From: Candidatus Kaiserbacteria bacterium
GTDB taxonomy: Bacteria > Patescibacteriota > Minisyncoccia > Phycocordibacterales > UBA2100
Reading direction: 5' to 3'
Length of the DNA stretch: 64,000 nucleotides
Assembly (NCBI GenBank): GCA_016217965.1
Contig: JACRFI010000020.1
Location: 11,550-75,549 of the forward strand
Part shown: one piece after another, positions 41,685-51,173 of the stretch
Position numbering within the stretch: position 1 is the first letter of the stretch
How the letters are laid out: every line of letters starts with the position of its first letter
Notes under the pieces: model-generated
The model's database searches: none
Seen by the model: the letters and a program-made list of their open reading frames with translations, nothing else
Told to the model about the DNA's origin: nothing
Position numbers and translations under genes: made by a program

Positions 41685-42493
41685 TCGCCATGAGGTCTAT
41701 AAAGCGCATCTATGCCATATTCCTTCGCCAGATGTTCCTTTTTCGGAGCAGTCCCACACGGTACGTGCAGCTCTTTGTGTGGATCACTGTCGATATCGTC
41801 CTGTGGGGATTCATCACAAAATATTTCAATGAATCGGTTGGAGCGGAGTTTAGTTTCGTGTCGACGCTACTCGGGGCTGTCATCTTGTGGGACATACTGA
41901 GCCGCGCCCATCAAGGGACAGCAATGCCTTTTTTGGAAGATGTGTGGTCGCGGAATTTCCTGAACATATTCTCAACCCCAATACGGCTGCATGAATATCT
42001 CATCGGCTTTATTGCGACAAGTCTCGCAACGACCTGTATCGTTATTGTTGCTATCTCACTCTTCGCGATCACTGTTTTTGGCTACTCGCTATTCTCGCTC
42101 GGCGTGGCGCTCATCCCGTTTCTAATTATCTTGTTTTTGTTTGGCGCAGCGCTCGGGATCCTTGGCATCGGGCTCATTTTGCGCTTCGGGCCACCCGCAG
42201 AATGGTTCATGTGGCCTCTTGCGGCGGTCCTCAGTCCGTTTGCGGGCGTCTTCTACCCAATATCGACTCTGCCAGGGTGGATGCAGGCGGTTTCCTGGGC
42301 ACTGCCCCCAGCGTATGTGTTCGAAGGAATGCGCTCGTTAGTCTTATCAAATGAAATTGACTGGCGCGTCATTCTTGAAGGATTCGGGCTTTCTTGTTTG
42401 TATCTTCTTCTCATGTATATGTTCTTTGCGCAGATGTATAGGATAGCGGTTCGGAGTGGCCTTATCGCGAGGTACAGCGCGGAGGGACCATAA
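41681..42493 (+). CDS. ABC-2 type permease
   Basis: 6 TM, FYPISTLPGWMQ. Confidence 0.9.
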   Translation: MIAMRSIKRIYAIFLRQMFLFRSSPTRYVQLFVWITVDIVLWGFITKYFNESVGAEFSFVSTLLGAVILWDILSRAHQGTAMPFLEDVWSRNFLNIFSTPIRLHEYLIGFIATSLATTCIVIVAISLFAITVFGYSLFSLGVALIPFLIILFLFGAALGILGIGLILRFGPPAEWFMWPLAAVLSPFAGVFYPISTLPGWMQAVSWALPPAYVFEGMRSLVLSNEIDWRVILEGFGLSCLYLLLMYMFFAQMYRIAVRSGLIARYSAEGP

Positions 42494-42568
42494 CGGGTTA
42501 TTGGGGAAGCAATAATGCTACAATACCCACTCCAGTGTCGGTAAGATAGAAGTATGTTCCTCGTCTAG

Positions 42569-43780
42569 ATGAGTATGAACAAACTCGCATTAAAGAGCGC
42601 GGCGCCTGTATTTGCGCTGTTTTTCGCACTGGCCCTCTTTTCTCCCTTCTTAGCTTCTGCCGCAGTGATATCGAAGCCATTCGAGATATCGGGATGGATA
42701 CCATATTGGAGAACCGCGACGGGAACCGTTGATGCACTCGCGCATCTCGATACGTTTACGGAAATTAATCCGTTCGTCTACACTGTAACTGACGAGGGGC
42801 GGGTGTACGACGCGGGGAATGTCATCCTTGACCCATCGTGGCTGCAACTCAAGACTGAGGCGAAAGCAAAGAATGTGCGATTTATTCCAACAGTGATGTG
42901 GTCAAATGCGGATGCAATGCATACGGTTCTAAAAGACACCGCGATGCGCCAACTTCTTGTGCGGCAGATAGTGGACGAAGTGATGACGCACGATTTTGAC
43001 GGTATTGATATTGATTTTGAAGGGAAGCGATACGAAACCGGCCCGTACTTCTCTAAATTCTTGCAAGAGCTATACAAAGCGATGGGAAACAAGTGGGTGC
43101 AGTGCACTATTGAATCGCGTACGCCGCTTGGAGATAGATACTTTGGTACCGAGCGGCCCGCTGATGCTGGGCAATACGCAAATGATTTCGCGGTCATCAA
43201 CAAAAACTGCGACCGCATTCGGTTCATGACGTACGACCAGCAGAATGTCGACCAGAAACGTGAGGCTGAATTGACGGAGCCATATGGCCCAGTTTCTGAC
43301 ACTGTGTGGGTGGAGAAGGCGATACGAGAGGCGATGAAAACGCTTCCTGCACGCAAGATAGTGCTCGGCATTCCAACATATGGATATGAGTGGGACGTGC
43401 GTACGTACGCGAACAGTGAGCATGTGTACGACCTTCTCTGGACCTTCAATCCGAAATACGGATGGGACATCGCGAGTGAGTACAACATCACACCGGGACG
43501 GAACGCTGGCGGAGAACTCGGCTTTACCTATTTTCCTAAAAACGGTGTCTTGAATTTGCCGCGTCCGGAAATCCCATGGCCTTTCAATCTCGTTGCATCC
43601 GCCGCTGCTATGTTATCGACTGCTCAGAACACGAATCTTTCATACCGCATGGTGACGTGGAGCGACGGGCAAGCGATCAAGGATAAAGTAGATCTTGCCA
43701 AGCGATTAGGTATCCGCGGTGTCGCGGTGTTTAAGATCGATGGCGGGGAAGACCCGGCGATGTGGGAGTATTTAAAATAA
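42569..43780 (+). CDS. Secreted glycoside hydrolase family 18 protein
   Basis: FDGIDIDFE, MTYD, LGIPTYG. Confidence 0.9.
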   Translation: MSMNKLALKSAAPVFALFFALALFSPFLASAAVISKPFEISGWIPYWRTATGTVDALAHLDTFTEINPFVYTVTDEGRVYDAGNVILDPSWLQLKTEAKAKNVRFIPTVMWSNADAMHTVLKDTAMRQLLVRQIVDEVMTHDFDGIDIDFEGKRYETGPYFSKFLQELYKAMGNKWVQCTIESRTPLGDRYFGTERPADAGQYANDFAVINKNCDRIRFMTYDQQNVDQKREAELTEPYGPVSDTVWVEKAIREAMKTLPARKIVLGIPTYGYEWDVRTYANSEHVYDLLWTFNPKYGWDIASEYNITPGRNAGGELGFTYFPKNGVLNLPRPEIPWPFNLVASAAAMLSTAQNTNLSYRMVTWSDGQAIKDKVDLAKRLGIRGVAVFKIDGGEDPAMWEYLK

Positions 43781-43785
43781 CTTAA

Positions 43786-43896
43786 GCGAGAGCGGACTAG
43801 TGTTTAAAGCCGTCTTCGCAGGCGCGACGGCGCCGAGACCGAGCGCTGCGCCAGCAGGCGCAGATAGCGACGGCTGAAAACACTAGTCAAACGAGC
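43786..43896 (+). repeat. Structured ~111-nt repeat, copy B (AGCA-loop family)
   Basis: gactagtgttt/aaacactagtc outer stem; homologous to 16082-16192. Confidence 0.7.
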
Positions 43897-43920
43897 GCCC
43901 ATTTGATAGGGTACTTGCCT

Positions 43921-46386
43921 ATGGCGAAAATTCGTGTCCTAAAATTTGGAGGGACTTCTGTTGGCTCGCCGGAGGCGATACGGCAGATACTAAAAATAGT
44001 CAAAAAGAAAGAGCGAGGAACGCGCATCGCAGCCGTCGTTGTATCTGCATTTTCAGGCGTTACGGATGAACTTATCCGGATAGGCACGCTTGCAGCAGCA
44101 CATGACAACTCGTACAAGCGCGCTCTTCTCGACTTGAAGAATAGGCACATCCGAGCCGTGACCGAGCTTATGAGCCGCGGGAACCAAAAGGCTTCAATAA
44201 AAACTGTCGAAGAACTTTTTGGATTTCTTGATAGTGTCATCCACGGCGTCTCGCTCATTCACGAGCTCTCGCCAGGCGCCCTCGATTACATTATGAGCTA
44301 CGGCGAGCGTTTGTCGGCCCACATTGTCGCCGACGTCTTGAACGATAAAGGAGTTAGCGCCGAATATCTCAACGCTCGCAAAATTATTGTTACCGATGAT
44401 ACATTCGGCTCCGCGTCAGTCGATTTCAAAGCGACGAACAGAGCCGTCCGTGCGCGTTTCAAGGAGCGAAAGAAGTTGCAGGTGGTGACGGGCTTCATTG
44501 GCTCCACTGTCGATGGAAAAACCACGACGCTTGGGCGAGGAGGTAGTGATTACACCGCATCCATCGTGGGCGCAGCGTTGAATGCGGCCGTTATAGAAAT
44601 CTGGACTGACGTCTCGGGCGTCATGACGGCTGATCCGCGAAAAGTGAAAGAGGCATTCCCAGTCAAAGCGATGACATACGAAGAGGCTGCGGAAATATCT
44701 TTCTTTGGCGCGAAAGTGATTCATCCGCCGACGATGCAGCCAGCGCAAGAAAAGGATATACCGCTTCTTATAAAGAACACATTTGAGCCGGACGCGCCGG
44801 GAACGATAGTCCACAGCAATGTCCTGCCGAGCGAAACATTCGCAAAAGGCATTACATCTATCGGTGACATTGCGATGCTCCGCGTGGAGGGAAGCGGCAT
44901 GGCGAAAATACGGGATGCGGCGTCGCGCCTTTTCTCCGCAACTGCTCGGGCATCAATAAATGTGATACTTATCACGCAAGCGTCGTCACAGTATTCCATC
45001 ACGCTTGCAGTCGCGGGAAAAGATGCGGACTCGGCACAAAGGGCGATAAATGAAGAATTTAAACTGGAGCGAAGGGCGAATCGTATCGATGATGTCGTTG
45101 TCGAGAAAGGACTTGCCATCATTGCGGTTGTCGGCGAAGGGATGAAAAAGCGCCCCGGCATCGCGGGCAAACTTTTCCGTACGCTAGGGACGAACGGCAT
45201 CAATATTGTCGCGCTCGCGCAAGGTTCTTCGGAATTGAATATTTCCCTGATGATCAAGGCGGCTGACACAGTGAAAGCGCTGAATGCCATCCACGCGTCG
45301 TTCTTTTTCCCGAAACAGCGGGAGATACATGTCTTTCTCATAGGAACTGGGCTTATTGGTGGCACGCTTCTGCGGCAGATCGGAGAGCAGTATGAATTTC
45401 TCGCAAAAGAGCGGGGAGTACGCGTGCGGGTCATCGGTGCCGCAGACCAAGGTCACATGTGGATGGAAGAGAGTGGCATGCCGCTTGGTTCCTGGAAGAG
45501 CACGCTTTCTGGATCGCGGGCAAAAACAAACGTCCCTTCTTTCATTGAAAAAATGAAGAAAATGGAATTGCCAAACAAGGTCTTCGTCGATTGCACCGCA
45601 AGCGGCGAGATAGCATCACTATATGGGGACCTCCTTAACTCCGGTATTTGGATTGTTACGCCTAACAAGCGGGCGAACTCGGGCCCGTATGAGTATTACG
45701 CGAAGTTGCAGCAGTACGCGTCATTTCCGGGTGTCCAATTTTTCTACGAAACAAACGTGGGCGCAGGACTGCCGGTCATCAATACGCTTAACGACCTTCG
45801 CGATTCAGGAGACAGGATAGTACGGGTCGAGGCCGTGCTTTCCGGGACCCTTAGCTACATTTTCAACACATTCACGAAGGGAAAGCGCTTTAGCGATGTT
45901 GTGCGGGAGGCAAAGCGCCTTGGGCTCACGGAGCCGGACCCTCGCAATGACCTTTCAGGTGAAGATGTTGCGCGAAAAATACTTATTCTTGCGCGCGAAG
46001 TGGGGCACACGCTGGAACTTGCGGGTGTGAAACTACAAGGGCTCTTGCCGCCAAAATTTACATCAGCGAATACACCGGAGAAATTCTTTGCGCTATTGGA
46101 GAAAGAAGACAAGGCGTTTGAGAAAATGCGAGCAACTGCAGATCGGCAAGGAAAGCGCCTTAGGTACATTGCGCGGCTTGAAAAAGGAAAAGTTAGCGCC
46201 GCCCTCGAAGCTGTTCCAAGTTCGCATCCATTCTATGATCTCCGCGGAAGTGATAACATAGTGGCATTCACGACCGAGCGATACAAAGATACACCGCTTG
46301 TTGTGAAAGGCCCTGGGGCAGGTGCGGAAGTGACGGCGGGGGGAGTTTTGGCGGACATATTGAGGATAGGGATGACCATACTCTAA
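43921..46386 (+). CDS. thrA: Bifunctional aspartate kinase/homoserine dehydrogenase I
   Basis: KFGGTSVG, LGRGGSDY, ACT domains, GTGLIG, EPDPRNDLSG, GPGAGAEVTA. Confidence 0.96.
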   Translation: MAKIRVLKFGGTSVGSPEAIRQILKIVKKKERGTRIAAVVVSAFSGVTDELIRIGTLAAAHDNSYKRALLDLKNRHIRAVTELMSRGNQKASIKTVEELFGFLDSVIHGVSLIHELSPGALDYIMSYGERLSAHIVADVLNDKGVSAEYLNARKIIVTDDTFGSASVDFKATNRAVRARFKERKKLQVVTGFIGSTVDGKTTTLGRGGSDYTASIVGAALNAAVIEIWTDVSGVMTADPRKVKEAFPVKAMTYEEAAEISFFGAKVIHPPTMQPAQEKDIPLLIKNTFEPDAPGTIVHSNVLPSETFAKGITSIGDIAMLRVEGSGMAKIRDAASRLFSATARASINVILITQASSQYSITLAVAGKDADSAQRAINEEFKLERRANRIDDVVVEKGLAIIAVVGEGMKKRPGIAGKLFRTLGTNGINIVALAQGSSELNISLMIKAADTVKALNAIHASFFFPKQREIHVFLIGTGLIGGTLLRQIGEQYEFLAKERGVRVRVIGAADQGHMWMEESGMPLGSWKSTLSGSRAKTNVPSFIEKMKKMELPNKVFVDCTASGEIASLYGDLLNSGIWIVTPNKRANSGPYEYYAKLQQYASFPGVQFFYETNVGAGLPVINTLNDLRDSGDRIVRVEAVLSGTLSYIFNTFTKGKRFSDVVREAKRLGLTEPDPRNDLSGEDVARKILILAREVGHTLELAGVKLQGLLPPKFTSANTPEKFFALLEKEDKAFEKMRATADRQGKRLRYIARLEKGKVSAALEAVPSSHPFYDLRGSDNIVAFTTERYKDTPLVVKGPGAGAEVTAGGVLADILRIGMTIL

Positions 46387-46390
46387 AGAG

Positions 46391-46499
46391 AATTTTCAAT
46401 TTGCAATTTTAAATTTCCAATGAATTTTCAATGCACCAATGTTTGAAAATTAACCCATTGAGACATTGATTGAAAATTGGAAATTAATCATTGAAAATT
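46391..46499. repeat. AT-rich periodic inverted repeat
   Basis: Repeated tttcaat units facing attgaaa units. Confidence 0.7.
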
Positions 46500-46549
46500 G
46501 CGTCGCACATATTCCAGCTTTTTAGAAAATGCGCACATTAGTTACAGAT

Positions 46550-47647
46550 ATGAGCAAAAAAATACAGGTAGGAATATTGGGGGCGACGGGGATGGTAGGA
46601 CAGCAATACATCCACCTCCTCGAGAATCATCCGTGGTTCGAGGTTGCGTATGTTGCAGCTTCGCCAGCGTCCGCTGGGAAAAAGTATAAAGATGCACTTC
46701 GAAGCGGGTGGATCGTTGCGGGAAATATGCCCGCATCTGTGGCGGAACTTGTCGTTGAAGATGTTGCGAGCGTTGAAAAGGCGGCGAAAAAATGCGCGCT
46801 CGTCTTTTCCGCATTTGAGATGCCAGACAAAGATGAGATACGTCGAACCGAGAACGAATATGCCGCCGCCGGCATGCCCGTATTTTCAAATGCATCAGCG
46901 CATAGGCATACAGAGAATGTGCCGATGCTTATCCCAGAAATAAATGCTCATCATCTTGATATCGTTCCATCGCAACGGAAAGCAAATGGCTGGGAAAAAG
47001 GGTTTATAGTAGTGAAGCCAAACTGCTCCCTCCAAAGCTATCTTGCGCCGATATTCGCGCTGCATCAGGCTGGGTTTCCTATCTCGGATGTACTCGTGAC
47101 CACACTGCAAGCGGTTTCCGGTGCCGGATATCCGGGCGTCTCGTCACTGGATGTCATCGATAACGTGATACCTCTCATACCCGGAGAAGAAGAGAAAACC
47201 GAGGTAGAGCCAGTAAAAATTATGGGCGAAATAAAGAACGGAAAGTTTGTTGATTTCAAAGGCATCAATATCTCGGCGCAGTGCATGCGCGTTCCGGTTT
47301 CTGACGGGCATCTAGCGTGCGTGAGCATTAAGTTCAAAGGCAAGAAGCCGAGCATCGAAGAAGTAACAAAGGTGTGGAAGAAATTTAAAGGTGAGCCACA
47401 AACATTGGATCTCCCGTTTGCACCTGAGCAGCCCATAATGTATCGCGACGAGCCGAACCGACCGCAGCCGAGACGCGATAGGGACAATGACAAGGGCATG
47501 GCAGTCACTGTTGGGCGCCTCAGGGAGTGCAGCGTGTTCGACTACAAATTTGTAGCTCTTAGCCACAATACGGTGCGGGGTGCCGCTGGCGGGGGCATTT
47601 TGAACGCAGAACTTGCACTAAAAAAGGGTTATATACACGCAAAGTAA
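46550..47647 (+). CDS. asd: Aspartate-semialdehyde dehydrogenase
   Basis: GATGMVG, PNCS, QAVSGAG, RVPVSDGH, HNTVRGAAG. Confidence 0.95.
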   Translation: MSKKIQVGILGATGMVGQQYIHLLENHPWFEVAYVAASPASAGKKYKDALRSGWIVAGNMPASVAELVVEDVASVEKAAKKCALVFSAFEMPDKDEIRRTENEYAAAGMPVFSNASAHRHTENVPMLIPEINAHHLDIVPSQRKANGWEKGFIVVKPNCSLQSYLAPIFALHQAGFPISDVLVTTLQAVSGAGYPGVSSLDVIDNVIPLIPGEEEKTEVEPVKIMGEIKNGKFVDFKGINISAQCMRVPVSDGHLACVSIKFKGKKPSIEEVTKVWKKFKGEPQTLDLPFAPEQPIMYRDEPNRPQPRRDRDNDKGMAVTVGRLRECSVFDYKFVALSHNTVRGAAGGGILNAELALKKGYIHAK

Positions 47648-47692
47648 AGATATGCTGAGAAAAGCGTGGGATATACTTGAATTCACCTGCGC

Positions 47693-49135
47693 ATGACCCC
47701 GGATCCATATACGAACATACCGACGATATTGGTCGCGCTTGGAGGGACGGGCGACTTGATGAGGCGGAAAGTAATACCCGCCTTTTTTTATTTATACAAA
47801 CAGGGCGCATTACCGGATAAGTTCAAGATCGTCGGGTTCTCGAGGCGCGACATGGACGATTCGCAATTCAGATCGTATGTGAAGGAAGTTATCACGGCAC
47901 ACGCTGGCGAGCTCATTTTTCCGGAGGTCATCGAATCTTTCTTAAAACTGTTCAAATTTCAACAAGGGGAATTCAATGATAGGGACAGCTATCGCGAGCT
48001 CAAGAAAACGATAGACGAATGTGATCGAGAATGGGGGATTTGTTCGAACAAGCTCTTTTATCTAGCGGTCGCGCCGGAGTTTTACAAGACGATTTTCCAA
48101 AACTTATCAGATTCAAAATTGTCTGAACCATGTTCAAAACATGAGGGTTGGACCAGGCTAATTATTGAAAAACCGTTCGGTGTGGATTTGAAAACGGCAA
48201 AAAGTATCGAGAAGCTTCTGACAAAACTTTTTAAGCGCCGGCAAATATATCGGATCGACCACTATCTTGCAAAAGAAATGCTGCAGAATATCTTGACGTT
48301 CCGCTTCGCGAACAATCTTTTTGAGCAACAGTGGAATCGTCAGTTCATCGAGAAGATTCAAATACGCGCATTAGAATCTTTGGGGGTCGAGAAACGAGGA
48401 GCATTTTATGATCCTGTTGGCGCATTTATGGACGTGGGGCAAAATCACTTTCTTCAGATGCTCTCCCTCGTCACCATGGAGCATCCGAAGAGTTTTGATC
48501 CAAAAATAATTCAAGCGACTCGCGCCGCGATTTTAAAGAAACTACAAGTTCCAAAGAAAAAAGATATACAAAAGAATACGTTCCGCGCGCAGTACGACGG
48601 GTATCGGGCAATTGAAGGCGTGAAGAGGGGTTCAAATACAGAAACGTATTTTAAGGTCCGAGCGTACCTGAATACTCCAAAATGGAAAGGAGTGCCAATT
48701 ATTCTCGAAGGCGGGAAACGCCTGGGGGATCCGTTGAAAGAGATCATTGTAACGTTCAAGCATCCAAAACCATGCTTATGTCCTCCAGATCAGGCGCATC
48801 ATAAGAACGAGGTGATCATTCGTTTTGAGCCAAAAGACGAGATATTGATCGAGTTCTGGTCAAAGAAACCTGGCTTCGCGCTGGATACGGCCCCCCACAC
48901 GTTCCACTACCTTCTTCGTGAGCCAAAGGCACATATTCCATATATAGAGGAATATGCGAAATTGCTCTTGGACTGCATAAAAGGCGATCAGACCCTATTC
49001 GTATCTACAGATGAGATAAAAGCCATGTGGCACTTCACGGACCCCATTCTTGACGCGTGGAAGAAGGATGCGGTACCGTTGCACACATATAAACCTGATA
49101 CGAAAGACATAATTGAAAAGTCCGCGCATATATGA
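47693..49135 (+). CDS. zwf: Glucose-6-phosphate dehydrogenase
   Basis: GGTGDL, EKPFG, RIDHYLAKE. Confidence 0.96.
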   Translation: MTPDPYTNIPTILVALGGTGDLMRRKVIPAFFYLYKQGALPDKFKIVGFSRRDMDDSQFRSYVKEVITAHAGELIFPEVIESFLKLFKFQQGEFNDRDSYRELKKTIDECDREWGICSNKLFYLAVAPEFYKTIFQNLSDSKLSEPCSKHEGWTRLIIEKPFGVDLKTAKSIEKLLTKLFKRRQIYRIDHYLAKEMLQNILTFRFANNLFEQQWNRQFIEKIQIRALESLGVEKRGAFYDPVGAFMDVGQNHFLQMLSLVTMEHPKSFDPKIIQATRAAILKKLQVPKKKDIQKNTFRAQYDGYRAIEGVKRGSNTETYFKVRAYLNTPKWKGVPIILEGGKRLGDPLKEIIVTFKHPKPCLCPPDQAHHKNEVIIRFEPKDEILIEFWSKKPGFALDTAPHTFHYLLREPKAHIPYIEEYAKLLLDCIKGDQTLFVSTDEIKAMWHFTDPILDAWKKDAVPLHTYKPDTKDIIEKSAHI

Positions 49136-50046
49136 AAAAAGAAATCGGTATCATAGGCCTCGGAAAGATGGGAGCGAATATGGCGAGGCAACTCGTGGAG
49201 AAGGGTTGGAGTGTGTACGGAATGGATGCGTCGCAGGAAACGACGAATAAACTTGAGAAAGAAGGCGTGAAAGGCGCGTATTCGGCGGAGGAGCTGGTAT
49301 CGAAATTATCTGCGCCGAGAGTTGTGTGGCTCATGGTGCCGGCTGGGAAGCCTGAAGACGAGTTATTGTTTGGAAAAAACGGGCTTACCAAGCTGCTCTC
49401 GAAAGGCGATGTGATAATCGACGGCGGGAATTCGTATTTCAAAGACTCAATGGCGCGCGCAAAGAAAGTCTCAAAACATGGCATTACATTTCTGGATGTC
49501 GGATTTTCCGGTGGCCCCGGCGGAGCAAGGCACGGCGGCTGCCTTATGATCGGTGGAGACAGGGCGACCTTTAAAAAACTCGAACCGCTTTTTAAAGACC
49601 TTGCGAGAAAGGACGGCTATCAATTCTTTCCGGGTGTTGGTGCCGGGCATTTTGTGAAAATGGTACACAACGGCATCGAGTACGGAATGATGCAGTCCCT
49701 TGCAGAAGGTTTTGCGATGATGAAAAAGTCTCCGTTCAAACTCGACCTAACTCGCGTCGCAGATATTTATAATCACGGAAGTGTGGTCGAGTCGAGGCTT
49801 GTGGGGTGGCTGAAAGATGCGTTCGAAGCGTATGGTGAGAATCTTTCGGCTGTCTCAGGATCAGTGGGTCATACAGGAGAAGGGAAGTGGACCGCTGAAA
49901 CTGCCCGCGCAATGGGTATTCCCGTAAAGATAATCGAGGACTCATTTAAATTTCGTGTCAGGTCGGCAAAAAAGCCTAGCTATACGGGAAAAGTAGTTTC
50001 TGCCCTGCGAGGGCAATTTGGTGGACATTCGATTAAAAAGAAGTAA
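49132..50046 (+). CDS. gnd: 6-phosphogluconate dehydrogenase (short type)
   Basis: GLGKMG, IDGGN, KMVHNGIEYG, FGGH. Confidence 0.95.
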   Translation: MKKEIGIIGLGKMGANMARQLVEKGWSVYGMDASQETTNKLEKEGVKGAYSAEELVSKLSAPRVVWLMVPAGKPEDELLFGKNGLTKLLSKGDVIIDGGNSYFKDSMARAKKVSKHGITFLDVGFSGGPGGARHGGCLMIGGDRATFKKLEPLFKDLARKDGYQFFPGVGAGHFVKMVHNGIEYGMMQSLAEGFAMMKKSPFKLDLTRVADIYNHGSVVESRLVGWLKDAFEAYGENLSAVSGSVGHTGEGKWTAETARAMGIPVKIIEDSFKFRVRSAKKPSYTGKVVSALRGQFGGHSIKKK

Positions 50047-50056
50047 TCATATTGCC

Positions 50057-50195
50057 TATGCTCGGTAGTAGAATTTCGGCTTGTCTTGTCTAGATTGATC
50101 AACCAGATTAACCTTACATTCATATGAAAGCATTTTACGTTCTTACGACCGCGACTCGCGCTTCGCGCCAGCCGAAATTTCACTAACCGGGTATG
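50057..50195 (+). mobile_element. 139-bp inverted-repeat element ending in the glpX ATG
   Basis: TATG-ctcggtagtagaatttcggc...gccgaaatttcactaaccggg-TATG. Confidence 0.7.
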
Positions 50196-51137
50196 GACAG
50201 AAATCTAGCCCTTGAATTCGTGCGTGTGACAGAAGCTGCGGCGTATGCGGCGGCGAAATGGGTAGGGAAAGGAGACAAGCTTAAGGCGGATGGTGCCGCG
50301 GTTGATGCGATGCGTGAGCGCCTGAACGAGATAGAGTTCAGCGGAATTATTGTGATAGGCGAGGGGCAGAAGGACGAAGCGCCAGAGTTGTACACGGGTG
50401 AGAAAGTGGGGAAAGGCGGCAAGCCGCACCTTGATCTCGCGGTGGATCCGCTGGAGTGCACTGATTCCGTTGCGTACGGCCGTTACAACGCGCTCGCAGT
50501 CATATCGACTGGCCCGAAGGGCAGCCTCCTTTCTGCACCGGACACGTACATGGAAAAGATCGCAGCTGGCCCTGGTGCCGCGAAAGCAATCGATATTGAT
50601 GCACCTGTTGCAACGAACCTAAAAAAAGTTGCGAAAGCATTGGGAAAGGATGTTGGCGAAATAACCGTATGCGTTTTGGACCGTGATAGGCATAAAGAAC
50701 TCATCGACGAGATACGGAAAGCGGGCGCGCGCGTACGCCTTATTACTGACGGCGATGTAGCGGGCGGCATTGCGCCATGCATGCCGGAAAGCGGGATAGA
50801 CATGTTGATGGGCATAGGTGCTTCTGCAGAGGCTGTTCTAGCCGCGACTGCCATTAAGGCGCTTGGTGGCGAAATACTCTGCCGTTTCAAGCCCAAAGAT
50901 GAAAAGCATGCAAAATTGGTCTCGGACAGCGGGCATACGACGAAGAAGATATTTTCTACGAACGATCTTGCGAAAGGCAAAGATCTTACCTTCACCGCGA
51001 CCGGCGTCATCGATGGCCCCTTGCTTACGGGCGTTCGTGTTGAGCGGGATATCGCTATCACCCATTCACTCGTAATTCAGGGAGTTTCAGGCACGCTACG
51101 CTATATAACCACGCATCATCGGCTGCCCGCGTATTGA
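50193..51137 (+). CDS. glpX: Class II fructose-1,6-bisphosphatase
   Basis: RVTEAAA, VIGEG.KDEAP, AVDPLE, DGDV. Confidence 0.95.
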   Translation: MDRNLALEFVRVTEAAAYAAAKWVGKGDKLKADGAAVDAMRERLNEIEFSGIIVIGEGQKDEAPELYTGEKVGKGGKPHLDLAVDPLECTDSVAYGRYNALAVISTGPKGSLLSAPDTYMEKIAAGPGAAKAIDIDAPVATNLKKVAKALGKDVGEITVCVLDRDRHKELIDEIRKAGARVRLITDGDVAGGIAPCMPESGIDMLMGIGASAEAVLAATAIKALGGEILCRFKPKDEKHAKLVSDSGHTTKKIFSTNDLAKGKDLTFTATGVIDGPLLTGVRVERDIAITHSLVIQGVSGTLRYITTHHRLPAY

Positions 51138-51173
51138 TTTGTTATTATTTTTTTTATCATCTAACGTATTCGT

